Below, in pieces: positions 38,898 through 52,139 of a stretch of 64,000 nt of DNA. The DNA comes from Camelus ferus (lineage: Eukaryota). The DNA lies in NCBI RefSeq assembly GCF_009834535.1, contig NC_045697.1:8992001-9056000 (forward strand). The letters are read 5' to 3'. Both the position numbers and the translations under genes were made by a program. Numbering within the stretch: the stretch's first letter is position 1; every line of letters starts with the position of its first letter. The notes below the pieces were generated by a model. It was not told the origin of the DNA and did not search any database. It worked only from the letters and a program-made list of their open reading frames with translations.

Positions 38898-40849
38898 ATC
38901 ATTATTTTTTAAAAGTTACATTGTGTAATTTATTCTTTGCACTTTTTGAAATTTCAAATTTTCTACATGAATAAAATTTGCTCTCTTAAAGCTAAAAGAA
39001 AGTAGACAGTATTAAAAATAACTATGTTTAATTTTAATATGCCTTAACATCATAATTTAAAACACGCACATCATTCAAACTAGAAGAAAGCACTCTAAAT
39101 ATTTGTATCTGGATAGTAAAAATCTGGTTGTGTCTTTTTTCTGTCTTCATATGTTATAAGGGAGAACCTTACTATTTTCAATTATGAAAAACAATTTTAA
39201 ATCTTAAACATAAAGACTACATTCAACAAGGACTTTATGATAACCTGTAGGACTGCTGTGGTTAGACACATGAGTGAGTCACAGCACGTTTATTCCAGGA
39301 GTTCCCATTCTAATGAACTTCTGTTTTCTTACCTGCCCACATAAAAAAAATGAAGAGAAAAATTACTTCTCACTGACAGAGAACACCAATATGTTGGGCT
39401 CCTTGGCCAATCTGAGTTGGCTTGGAATAATATTCAGTCTGTTAAACGTGTCTTGGCAGGAAGCATGGTGAAGTTTAAAAGGCATGATCCGGATAGAGTC
39501 AGACCCGTTTGGATTCGAATTCTCCTTCACTGCAGGTTTGCCTTGTAAATTCAGGCATTACATGATCCAGGTCTCAGTGTCCCCATTTTTAAACTGTGGA
39601 GACTAATGTTGAACTACTGAGTCATTGAGAATCAAACGAAGTGTGAGAGAGTACACGTCATATTTGTGGAAAGTCCCTGATACGTGGGAGTTTCTTCTTC
39701 TTCTTCTTTTTTTTTTTTTTGTCTTTATCTTGCAGGATTAACATTTTACATTAAAAATGATTTTCCCTTCTATTTGGTGCATCACTTTAGACTTTGCAAC
39801 CTGCTCTCACACACCCTGTATTTCTCACAAAATTTAACAGGTATCAGGAGCATGTCAGGAGGTCTCAGGGGATCAAATGACAGCTTAGTAGGATGCAGAA
39901 CGGGCTCCCAAGAGGAATGACTAGTAGATTCAATCTCAGGGCTCAGTGAGGCATGTTGAACTTTGTATAGAACAAGGCTGGGACTGATGACCAAGGGTCA
40001 AGCAGGAGGTAGTGGAAGAGGGCAAGGAAGAGCAGCTTGCCTGTCCTCTCAAATAGGAGGGGAGACCTCACATTGGCTGAATGCCTTCTCCACGTGAGCC
40101 AGTCCCTCTGAGATCTGACAATGCTTTCACTAACAACTGAGGAAACAAAGACCTAGAGGGGCGACTTGTTCAAGGTGATCCTGATGGAAAATGAAGAGGG
40201 CAAGGCTTAAGCCGAGGTGCATCTGGTCCCACCGCATGCTTCACTCCTTCCCGGGTATAGAAAAGGATGTTGATCTGCTTGGGATTGAGGTGGTCAAGGA
40301 ATTGGATTTGTAGGATTAGGATTTAGATTCTAGAGAGAGGACCTTGACCTAGCTAAGTGAGATTTTAGGACTTGAGCTGGGACGGGCTTTGAGTCTATTC
40401 ACTGAGACTAATGCCAAATCTTATATACTGAATGTGTAGAAAAGGGCCACTGAGAGTTTTCAGCCTGGTGGCTTTCAGTAACTCATCTCAGCCACGTTAG
40501 TCACTGCACTAGTGGCTGCCAGATGAAGCGTAGACTCCACCTGCTGGGAGACTCCACACCAAGATTCACAGCTGCTTCAGAATCTGGTTTGAGAATCATC
40601 AATAACCTACAGCTTAGAAGGGCTGGGATGAGCAGAGCTACAATTAAGGTCAGAAGAGCAGCAAGTGTTTCCATTTCACTGAGGAGGAAACTGAGGCTCA
40701 CGAAGACTCTGGAGATCCGACTCCAGAGGCAAAGCCATGCAGACCTGGCCTTTCTCTCAATTTTGATAACTATTACCTTTTTTTTTCACCTTTCATGCTT
40801 TTTCTCTTGATGATTAAAACCAATAAGCAAAGAAAATGCAAAGGCTTTT

Positions 40850-41420
40850 TCATTCAACAATATGAGGTGAGCTTATTGCCAGGTATTTTTCTAGGCTCTG
40901 GCAATTCCACAGTAAACATAGCTGCCAAAAATGTCACCCTCATGGAACTTACATTCTAAAAGAGAGAGACAAAATAAACAAAATGTATTAATATAATTCG
41001 GTGTGATAGGAAGGGATAATGTCTATGAAGGGGGAGGGGTACAGGGAGGGGCTTTGCTGAGAAGGTGACATCGAGGAAAGACCTGGGGGAGGGAAGGGAG
41101 CCAGCCATGTGGTTTCTTGGGGAGGAGTGTCCCAGGCGCAGGGAACAGCCAGTGCACGAGCCCTGAATTGGACATGTCCTGGAGGTGCTGTGGAGTTTCT
41201 GGAGCAGCGAGAAGCCGCTGTGTTTGGAGCAGTGTGAGAGCAGGATGTGGAGAGGCAGCAAAGCACCACATCACGTAGGTCCCTGAGGTTCACATCCCAG
41301 ACTTTGGTTTTATTCTGAGTAGGACGGAGAACCACAAGAGAGGGCTGAGCAAAAGAGTGATAAGATCAGACTCACATGTTCACTGGGCCAGTCTGGCAGC
41401 TGCTCATTTAGGACTGTGTG
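40850..41420 (-). mobile_element. L2 3' part
   Basis: 'ttcattcaacaa..ccctcatggaacttacattcta..gagaaggtgacatcgag..gggaacagccagtgcacgagccctga'. Confidence 0.8.
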
Positions 41421-41479
41421 GTGCAATCTCTGTTGCCCATGTAGATACAGGCAGTCACTCCAATCCTCAGCTTCAGGGC

Positions 41480-41947
41480 AGGTCTGATGACACTGGACTT
41501 GGGACTCCAGGTGTCCATAAGCTAGATGTGCAAAACAGGTCAAGGGAGAAACGGCCTCAGGAATCCGGCCACTCACAACACCTCAAGAAGAGGTTTTTAC
41601 CTACAGAGAAAGTCTGTCATTGAAAAACCCATGGGATGCACTTGTCTTTCCAGATGGCAGTCTCCGTGTTATCTTGGCCGAATTCCATGAAGCACACCTG
41701 GATGCTGTTGACAAGAATACATCAACTACAAGTAGGGTCTGGTGGCCTTAAATTGATCCTCTTATGGAGAATCACTCAAAGGAGTGACAGTCTTGCCAGG
41801 CTCCCAGCATGAATCTCCAAAAGGACCTGCTTTTCCATAGAATAAGACCTGAAAGGATTTATCAGTGCTCCATTCTGACGTTGAAGGATCTTTCCAGGAA
41901 AAGTCTCTTAAGGGTCCCTGGATTCTTTTCAAAAATATCCTGAGATT
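41480..41947 (+). mobile_element. Fossil Gypsy/Ty3 retrotransposon integrase (HHCC zinc finger plus start of core)
   Basis: Frame from 41581: VFTYRESLSLKNPWDALVFPDGSLRVILAEFHEAHLDAVDKNTSTTSRVWWP*IDPLMENHSKE*QSCQ; from 41805: QHESPKGPAFP*NKT*KDLSVLHSDVEGSFQEK; from 41918: LDSFQKYPEI. Confidence 0.75.
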
Positions 41948-42585
41948 TTTCTGGACTTATTATTTTTTTTGAACTGCAGGTCTTACTAGTTACTTTAACA
42001 CATTTTCATTTAACCAGTCATTTAACCAAACCTTTGTTGAATGCCTCCAATGTCCCAGGCACCATGGGATGTGTAAATGATAAGTAGAATTTACTCTCTT
42101 CTACTGATGAGCTCACAGTGTACTAGGGAGCCTGGATGATGAAATAATAATAGTAGGATTATAATGCCTGCTTTTACAGCTGTGTGCCCATGATGCTACA
42201 GACGCTCAGAAGGAGAAACATTTAACTCCATCGAGAGGAGTTAGGAGAGTATTTCCAGAGGAATTTAGAAGTATAAGATTTTTACTTTAGAAAGAATATA
42301 GATCATGTCATATTTATATCAATCTGTCATATTTAAAGGTATTTTTCTTGCCTCATCTTTTGCTTTCTCCCTTTATCTCTTTCTCTCCTTCTTTTCTTCC
42401 CTGTCCTCCTTTCTTTAACAAATACTTTTGATTGTCTATATCGAAAATATGCCAAGAACTTGGGATTGAGTGCATGGTCCTGCTCTTACAGAACTTAGAG
42501 TTGAGTGAGATAGAAGAGTGCATTAAAAAGAAAAAAAAAACGCGGAAGTATTTTAGTTTGGCTGATTTTGGTGTCTGTGTAAGTG

Positions 42586-42735
42586 AGGGTTGCCAGATAA
42601 AATGCAGAGCAACTAGTTAAATTTGAACTTCAGATAAAGAATAATTTTCTAGTATAAGTATATCCAAATACTCCATGGATCATACATACACAAATATTCT
42701 TTTTTTTTTCCTTTTTGCTAAGTCTGATCACTCAA
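42586..42735. mobile_element. MER53-like hAT MITE
   Basis: 'agggttgccagataaaatgcag..agttaaatttgaacttcagataaa..agtataagtat'. Confidence 0.75.
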
Positions 42736-45269
42736 CAGGTAAGATATATTAGGAAATGAGGTTGGCAATATAGGCAGAGATAATAAAATTTTATAAGTCA
42801 TTTTAAGGAATTTGACGTCTTGCTGCCTGTACTAGAGAGCCACTGGAGCATGTGAGGAAACGATGCATGCTTCCTACTTCCTATGCCTTGTGCAGGGAAA
42901 GATGATTGGGTCTGAAATTGGTAAAGCTAATCTGGCCACAATGAGAGGAGAGCAGAACCAGCAGCAGCAGGACCAGATGGGCACCTGACTCAGGCAGCAG
43001 TAGTGAGCTGGAGAGACGGCGTTAACACCATCACTTGGCAAGGGCTGAGAAGAGGTTGAATGAGGAGGGTGAGAGAAGAGGGACCTCAGTGCTCCTTGCT
43101 CCCCATTACTGCTTTGAATGGCCAGGTCAAGATTCTGTCATTCTCCAAGCTGATCTTTCCAGGAGGAGGAGATATTGTAAAGCGTACACATTTTTTTTTT
43201 TGGCATCCATTTTGTTGCATTTAAGCAATTTGAGACTAGAAATCTTCCCAAACTGTCCACCTTGCACCTCACCCTTAAACAAGAAATCTCTCATCCTAAA
43301 TTGTCCCTAATCTCATTCAATTGTAATGCGAAAAAGAGACACTAATCTAATTTTTTTTTTCAGAGATAAACATTTTGGTGTGCTCTGCTCATCTCCAATC
43401 TCTTTTAGTCATACTTGGGATAATTACCATTTCTAAGAATTCAGTGGACTCTTAACCCTCACACTCCAGATATTTCTGTCCTCCAGTGTGAGTACCAAAA
43501 TATCCAAAACTGAATTTTCAGTCAACTAATCTCATATCCCAGCTGAGGGTTTCTATTTGGCTTATCAGACTGTCAGCCCAGTGGGTTCAAATTTATGCTT
43601 GTCTATGATAATAACCTTGAAGTTAAAATCTTAAGACATTGAGCTATTACTGTATGCTGTATATGAAGTAGGAAAGTCAGAATTTGTTAAAACCAAGTCT
43701 TATTTGATCTGCTTTAACGAATAGATAAGAAGCACTTTGAATTTAAAGAATCAAGAGAATGCAGATGGATGCAGCTAAAGCACACTTTTTAACTAAGGCT
43801 TCAATTTCCTAAATATATTGATGTGTTTCTCCGAAAACTCATCTGTTAATAATTTATTTGCCAAAACAAAGATTCAAAAGAGTAGGAAAAATATATATAC
43901 ATGTACATATATTATGTATAAAAATGTTACACCTCTGTGTGTGTATACACCCACCACTGCACTGAGGCTTTTACGTAGATTGCTACAACTATATAAGGAA
44001 AAGCAACAATTATAAACAGGTAGCTAGATGATTTAAGAACTGGACAGTATGATGAGGTGAAGGTGACTGAGATGTTTTGTGAGAGTGCTATTATTAGAAC
44101 AATAATATTGGAAAAGAGTTGACTCATGCTTTTGCAGTAAGCCAGGAGAGCAGGAGGGGCAGAGTGCTGTGTAGCAGTTCAAGGGAAAATGGTACATTAG
44201 CCAAGGGATTAAGATACAGAAGGCATGATACCAATAGTATAATTTCACATCTGGGAAGGAGCGATAAACCTCATGTATTAGCAGGCGAAATGGATGGTCT
44301 GGCAGTGGAAATAAGCAGTGGTCTTATTTTACTTGTTGGGGAAAGGAGATGGGAAAGCGAAGAAATGAGCATATATGGGGCTCTTGCCGGGCATCATCAA
44401 CTGTGTGACGAATGTTTATCAGCTCATACATCCAGCGCACTGAGACCTCTCAACCAGCCACATATTTTAAGGACAGGCTTTATCATCTGAACATTGCAGG
44501 TGAAAAAAAAAATGAGGCTTAGAGAGATTAAAGGATTTTATCATCATCACAAGTTAAGTGACAAAAAAAAGATTTGAAATTGGATCTTTGTCTCCAAAGT
44601 CCATGAAGTCCATGTTTTTTGTTTTTTTTTCCCTATTCCACCAAATTGCTACCTGTGGTTTATGTTGGGGTGCTACATCACCACAGGGAAATTAAGACCG
44701 CTGCTTTTTTTTTTTTTTTTTTGATAAAACACTTTTTACCCTGGTTCCCTGAAGTCTCAAGGGAAACATTTTTCATTCTATCATTGTTACCATCTTTGGG
44801 GCAATGGATTAGTGACTGAACCAAGGTTACCAGACAGCCAAGCCTTTGCCTGAGCTGGCTGTTTCTCTTCACCATTGAAAACAGTCACACACCCTGAATC
44901 CGGTTTTGGATTAGGGCTTCAAGTCTGTGTAGAAACAGTACTGCAGCCTCACACTAGACATTGCTAAAGTCAATGCAAGATGTTCTGGGGTCAGGTTTAT
45001 TTAAAGAAGGAAGGAGGAACACCATTTCTTACAGATGAAAAATACTGTCATCGATATTAGAGATAACCTATCATGTGTTCCAAGTTGTATTTAAAGTATT
45101 ACATTTATTCTTTAAGCTTAAATTAATTTAATTCACTATCTTTATTTTAAAAATTACAAACAACAACTTTAAATATGTCTAATACAATTTCAAGGTCATT
45201 TGCACAGTCTATACATAGGAGTTTCTACAGTTTATAAATTTTTCAACCAAATCCAAACCACCACATTTT

Positions 45270-45456
45270 TTTTTTAAATAAAGCTTTATTTAAAAAAAAA
45301 ATAAAGCTACTCACACCTGTTCCTTTAGTATTTATTTTCTCTGGCTGTTTTTGCTGCACATGGCAGAGTTGAGTAAATGTGGCAGAGACAGTATGGCTTG
45401 TTAAGAGTAAAACATTTACTAGCTGACCTTTTCCAGTAAATGTTTGCTGACACCTG
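45270..45456. mobile_element. MER58A-like hAT-Charlie MITE
   Basis: 'ggcagagttgagtaaatgtggcagagac..aaaacatttacta..tttgctgacacctg'. Confidence 0.8.
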
Positions 45457-45830
45457 ATCTGTGACAACAGGAGATACTTCACTCTTACCTTTCTAATTAG
45501 GTCCTATACATGGCATTTCATCCTGTCTCTTTCAAGAGAAACCATAAAAATTTGTCTTACTTGAGAGTATCTAAATTTGCTTGGGCGTTTCTTCACCACA
45601 AAATGCTTATTTACTTCTACAGGGAAATTATGTTTTCAAAGAAGGGAAATATTTCTTTAAAGTTCTCACCAAAACACTGTGATGTAGTTGTTACCTCCAT
45701 TTTAGAAAAGAAACATATTCAGGCATAGGGACAACATTTATTTTTCAAAAAAATGTCTGGGTGCCTGTTATGGTGTCAGGTCCTCCTCTAGGTGATAGGG
45801 ATGGAAGGAGGGGAGAGACAGAACCCCTAA

Positions 45831-47310
45831 AGTAATCCAAACAGTATGGTACTGGCATCAAAATAGATACATAGACCAATGGAACAGAACTGTGAGCCCA
45901 GAAGTAAACACCTGCATATATGACCAAGGGATATTTGACAGAGAGCCAAGAATTGGGAAAGAAATTTCTTCCATAAACGGTGCTGGGAAAACAGGATAAC
46001 TGCATGTAGAAGAATGAAATTGGCTCACTATCTTACACCACTCACAGAAGTTAATCTCCAATGGATTAAAGACTTAAATGTGAGACCTAAAACAGTAAAA
46101 CTGCCAGAAGAAAACACTGGGGAGAAAGCTCCTTGACATTGGTTTTGGAATGTCTTTTTGGAAATGACTCTTAAAGCACAAAGTAGAAGAAAAAAAAAAT
46201 AAAGATCAGTGGGACTATATCAAACTAAAGAACTATTGTACAACAACAAAAAAGTTAACAAAATGAAAAGGCAACTTACAGAATGGGAGAAAACATTTGC
46301 AAATCAAATATCTAAAAGGGGTTAATATCAAAAATATATAAAAAAACTCATACAACTCAATAGCAAAAACCCAAACAATTATATTTAAAAATGGGAAGAG
46401 GAACTGAAAAGACGTTTTTTCCAAAGTACATGAAAAGATGCTCAATATTACTAATCATCAGGAAAATACAAATCAAAATCACAATGAGATGTCACCTCAC
46501 ACTTAGAATGGCTAGCACCAAAAAGACAAGAAATAAAAAGTGCTGGCAAAGATGTGGAGAAAAGGGAACGCTTGCTCATTTTTGGTGGAAATGTAAATGG
46601 TTACAGCCACTATGGAAAACAGTATGCGGTTTCCTCAAAGAATTAAAAGCAGAACTACCATATGATCCAGCAATCCTACTTCTGGGTATATATCTAAAGG
46701 AAATGGAAACAGGAGCTTAGAGATCTCTGCATCCCCATGTTCATTGTGACATTATTCAGAATAGCCAAGATACGGAAACAACCTAAGTGTCTGTCAACTG
46801 ATGAATGGATAAAGAAGATGTAACACAATGGAATGTTATTCAGCCATGAGAAAGAAGGACGTCCATCTGCCATTTGTGACCACATGGATGTAGTTGAGAG
46901 CATTATAAATAAGTCAGACAGCGAAAGAGAAATACTGTATGATTTCACTTATATGTGGAATCTGAAAAAGCTGAACTCATAGATACAGAGTAGAACGTTG
47001 TTTAGCAGGGACTGAGGGTTGGAAGGAATGAGGAGATGCTGGCTAAAGGGTATAAACTTCAACTTATAAGATGAACAAGTTCTTGGAATTTGAATGTGCA
47101 GCATGGTGGTTATAGTTACAATACTGTATTACATACTTGAAAATTTCTAAGAGAGTATCTCTTAAATGACCTGATGCAGATGTTAGCTAAAGACATAGTG
47201 GTAATCATTTTGAAATATGTAAGTGTATCAATTCAACACATTGTACACCTTATAATTATGTAATGTTAATATGTCAATTATATTTCAATAAAGCTGGGGA
47301 ATCAAAAAAG
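45831..47310 (+). mobile_element. L1 3' end (L1MA9-like), ORF2 C-terminus and 3'UTR
   Basis: ORF 46391..46720 '[33 protein letters not shown]'; ends 'tatgtcaattatatttcaataaagctgggg'. Confidence 0.92.
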
Positions 47311-48924
47311 AGAATCTGTAGCCTGGGAGAGGTCAGGCTGGATTATACAACATTTCACAAGTCATACACTTGATAAATAGCAGTTCCAGGTTTTAAACTC
47401 AGGTCTGAATGATTTCAAAACTCTCTTTACATGAAACTTGTGCTTTCGAAACTGAGGGATGTGCCGCCTCACTTCAACACTCCCTATGTTGCATAAGTGT
47501 GGGGCAAGAATATACAGAAGTACAGAATTACATGGCTTCAATTTTACTAGGCAGCACATGATTTTAAGCAAAATTTTATATTAAAATAAGCCTGGATATT
47601 TTAAGAAAGAAGATGCAAATTTCCTATGAATATTTAAGATAAAACAAAAGACTTCAAATAAATCAAGGCTTGCAGTGCTCCAGCCCCTGGGGGTGGACTA
47701 TTCTCTCTGGAATATTCTTACTCACAGTAAGAAGAAATGAGAAAAATAATTAAGTCTTTGGGAAAAAGGTACACAAAGGGAAGCCTCACAATAGCTAAGA
47801 TTTAAAGAGAAAGAAGAACAAGAGAAAAAAGTTTGAAGGAGAAGAGAGCCCTCAGATGCAAACTTGAAAATGACTTTCACAGAGTGTCATCGGTCAGCCT
47901 GCCACAGAGAAGCCTAATTAAGACATCTGCTAAGAGCTACCAATTGATGGTGGTCTCGCTGTCACACTATTTTAATTGACATGCTGAGATTTCGTTCCAG
48001 ATTAACTTCATAAATGGTCCTCCTAATAGAAAGATCACTTAAATTAAAAGTGGACTGTAAATGGGGATTTGTGATGTTAATAGGCCAGTATAACCTCTGT
48101 GCCATTTACATACATTTCCATTTTTCCCAATGCATATTTGCATATATCTGAGGATGTCACTGAGGGCTTTGCAGGAGCAACATTAGTATGATAATGAGCG
48201 TGCAACTGGCAGTGTCCAAAGAGTCATTTCTTCGATGTATCCCCAGCACTAAATTTGGAGCTGCTTTTGAGCCTCCAATATTGATAATGTAAAACTCATG
48301 TTCCAGAAAAACATAAGTTTGGCTTAATTACCCAGATGCTATAAATGTTTGGAAGAGTGAATTGAATTGAAGCATAGCACCTTTATAACATTTGAAGACT
48401 TGCTTAGTATTGAAACAACTCCGTACATCAGTGATGCTAAAAATCTCCAAAAATGCTGGCCTAATGTGGTGACCCATTGGTATATCTCAGTGTGGTAGCC
48501 TAATATAGCATGTATGCTGATCTGGAGGAGGCTAGGGCAGAGGCTAACTCAAGTTGGGCTCAGAATAGAGGTTTCAGGGAAAGGACACTGAAATTGCAAT
48601 TCACCAACCCAGAGTCTAGCTGTGGATCTGCCATCAAAGGACCTTCATCCCTCTGAGTCCCTCAGCTCTACATTTATATGTCTGGATAAGAACACATGCC
48701 TTATGTTGTGGTGAAGATTGACCTGATAAATATGAAGGCACTTGTATGTGAAGTCTAAATGATTGAGGGCAAAGTTCTGCCCCGGTAATCAGAGCAAAGA
48801 AGGAGACATTGAACAATTCAGTTTTCCTTGACTGGTTCTGGGACTGTCTTTAGTGCTGGGACCATGTGTGTAGGAATGACACTTTCAGCGGGGCTTCCAA
48901 TATATCCTTTTTTGACTTATAGAT

Positions 48925-49015
48925 TATTTTTTAATGAAGGTTCTGGGGATTGAACCCAAGACTTCATGCATCCTAAGCATGTGCTCTACCACTAGCTATA
49001 ATCCTCCCCCCCCCC
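48925..49015 (-). mobile_element. Vic-1-type SINE (short copy)
   Basis: 'ctggggattgaacccaag..gcatgtgctctaccactagctata..cctcccc' is the reverse complement of the head of the 7464 SINE. Confidence 0.8.
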
Positions 49016-49022
49016 ATTTTTT

Positions 49023-49593
49023 GATATCCTACAATCCAGCAGCCCCACTCTTGAGCATATGTCCAGAGGAAACCATAATTTGAAAAGATACATGCACCCC
49101 AGTGTTCATAGCAGCACTATTTACAATAGCCAAGACATGGAAGGAACCTAAATGTCCATTGACAGATGACTGGATAAAGAAGTTGTGGTATATTTATACA
49201 ATGGAATACTACTTAGCCATAAAAATAATAAAATAATACCATTTGCAGCAACATGGATGAACCTGGATATCATCATACTAAGTGAAGGAGGCCAGAAAGA
49301 GAAAGAAAAATACCATATGATATCACTTATAATGTGGAATCTAAAAGACAAAAGGATATAAATGAACTTATTTACAAAACAAAGACAGACTCATAGACAT
49401 AGAAAATAAACATTTCAGAAGGGAAATGGGTTGGGAAGGGATAAATTGGGAGTTCAGGATTTGTAGATACTAACTACCATATATAAAATAAGTAAACAAC
49501 AAGGTCCTACTGTATAGCACGGGAAACTATATTCAATACCTTGTAATGGTCTATAATGAAAAAGAATATAGAAAGGAATACATGTATATGTAT

Positions 49594-49625
<32 letters not shown>

Positions 49626-49690
49626 GAATCCTTATACTGTACACCAGAAATTAATGCAACATTGCAAATCCACTATACTTCAATTAAAAG
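49023..49690 (+). mobile_element. L1 3' end (cetartiodactyl/camelid-type) with internal (TA)n
   Basis: 'acatgcaccccagtgttcatagcagcactatttacaatagcc..gggaagggataaattgggagttc..ctatacttcaatt'. Confidence 0.92.
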
Positions 49691-52139
49691 GACTGTATTT
49701 TGGGAAACTTAGTTGAGCAGATCAAGTATAATAGTGTAAGCAAATCTGCACCGTATGCTGTCTTCCATGTGCCTGGGCACCATATTTTATAATGGCAGAT
49801 TTGAAGTACTTGAGAAGCTTGGGTTGAAATGTTGCTATCTCTTTTACAACTGCAATGAGATGGATGCTTCTTTTGTACAGTTTTAGTAATCACCACTGCT
49901 TTATTGGAATAATAGGAGTAACTCTTCCCTCAGTACTCACCGCTATAATTGGACATTCTTCATCATTTCACTTCAGTTCTCACATCCAGCTCATCATGAC
50001 TCATATTAAAATAATCCTCACTGGTATATCTCCAACCAGAACCAACTCTAAAGGAAGGAGCTTTATACAACAATGCCCCTCTGATTTTTGCAGTTTATCA
50101 TTCAGCATCAAGCCAACTTGTTTTGGGTGAAAGACTGCAGATACACCTTTTGTGATTATTTTAAACCAGAAAATAAACTAAGGGCATAGCAAAAATGCTT
50201 TATTGTGTCTTACCATCCAGAAGGCCCTCAATAGAAGCTTCATGAGTAAGCAGCAGCATCCCATATAATCCATATCCTATAGCCTGATATGGGCAGGCAG
50301 GATGGGACAGACACACTAGGAAATAATACTCAGCAGTACCTTGCTCATGGGACTATGGAAATGAGGTCTGTTCCCAGGCTTCCAAATGTTCATAGATAGC
50401 AGGGAGGTTGCAGGGGCAGGAAGGACTGCCAGGGGGTCGGCCATCAACAGAATATCAGTGGGACAACAGGAACGATTCTGTATCCCACAAGTGGCAATAC
50501 TTCTGAGAGTTTTAGAGGGCTTAGGTAAGTTGTAATGATCTTAAAATTGTTCTAACTTATTATTATAGCAGACAGTGGTAGTCACATTTTGTTTGTTTGA
50601 TTGTTTCCAGCCTGCTTTCTAATGTTTCTTATTCTGATTCCTTTGGGGACCTCCTTCCACAACCTATATGGTCTTGTTAGGGTCTGGAAATCATTCTGCT
50701 TTTTATCCCCAGCTAAAGAGGGGGCATTTGACCCTGACTAGGCAGAACACCCCATCCCTCTGGATAGAATGACTTCCTACAGCTATGTATGCATCACCCA
50801 AGCAGGGTCAGCCAGTGTCTTTCCCATAATTACTATATGGGATTTGGGATCTGAGTTCTATTTCCACTGGCACTGCCAAACTAAGAAGATGTAGGTTTAG
50901 AGATGGGTGTAGGCATGTGAGAACCTTTCAGCAGATAAATCCAGCAGGGTGGAGTCATGGAGTTTAAGACAGATCCGAGGATTGATCCATGGACTTCCAA
51001 GTCATGTGAGCCAAGGAATTCCCTTTTCACTTCAACTAGTCTGAGTTGGGTATCTGACACTTACAATTCAAGCCAATTAAGACTCAGAGAAGGAGGGGAA
51101 GAGAGATGCACGACAAAAGGAATGAAGTAGAAAATCAAGTGTTGGCAAAAGATGTGAGATCAATGGACTGGGAAGAGTTTAGGCTGTATTTTGGCAAGGA
51201 AAGAAAACTCATCCGTCTTTTCATGAACATTTTCTAGTATTTCCTTTGTGAACTTTTTGTCTGAAATGTCTTTAAAAAAAAAAAACCAACAAAACATCTA
51301 GTTATTTTCAGGCACTTACCACAGTACCTAACATCAAATTCCCCATCCAGCCTGTGACAAAATCCAGCCTTTTGCACCATGCAAGCCCCTCCACTTTCAA
51401 GCTCTGTTAAATCAGTGTTAAAGAGACTTGGGAGAAACAAGATTGAGAGGTGACGTGATGTCATAGAAAGGATACTGAATTTTAAATTACGGGGAGGAAT
51501 TGGAATATACATTTTGACACTCCTTTGCTGCTCTAAGTCTTGGTTTTTTCAATATGGAAATTGGGATGAGAGTAATAATAATCCTTAGCACACATGATCT
51601 GCATGTGGATTAAATGATGAACTATACATGATGCATACTGCCCAGTGCTGGCCATGACAGGCTCTCAATTAATGTTTTATTTCTTGCTTTCAGACACCTT
51701 CCAAGCAATGTTGATGGTATTCAGAGGGGTAGAGGAACTACCTCCATCGCCATCTCCAAAGCAGAGGCAGAACTCCCTCCAGGAGTCAGAAGGAAGAGGA
51801 GCTGTTTATTTGTTGTTGATTTTTTTGGTGTGTGTGTGTAACACATCTTAGAAGTAGTTTCAGGGTCATTATGGCAGACTTTTGGGTTAAACCTCCAGGT
51901 GCTATTTGATTACTTTCTTCTTGGGAACCTCCTGTAATTTTGCAGGGTCCTCTCAGGCAAGTGGGAACAGGGAGCCAGATGCTAAGACTAAGTCAAAAGG
52001 AAACTCTAATCTTAAGAGAGGGAGCTAACAAACAAGTAAGTTTCCTTTTAGGCTGACTGGGCTCCCCAGGGTCAGAGAAGATTCAGAGATTTAAGATAGA
52101 CTCTCTGTCTAAGGGGGAAAAGAAATTCACACACATGAT

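Noticed and set aside
41654..41731. Host exon suggested by 'tctttccag|ATGG..ACAA|gtaggg'
   Set aside because: Weak donor, and the Gypsy-like similarity runs through both supposed splice sites
49690..50240. Retroelement-like peptide echoes (RTE-type RT on -, Gypsy RNase H or GPF-like on +)
   Set aside because: The readings are mutually incompatible, each needs several frameshifts, and no intact catalytic motif is present
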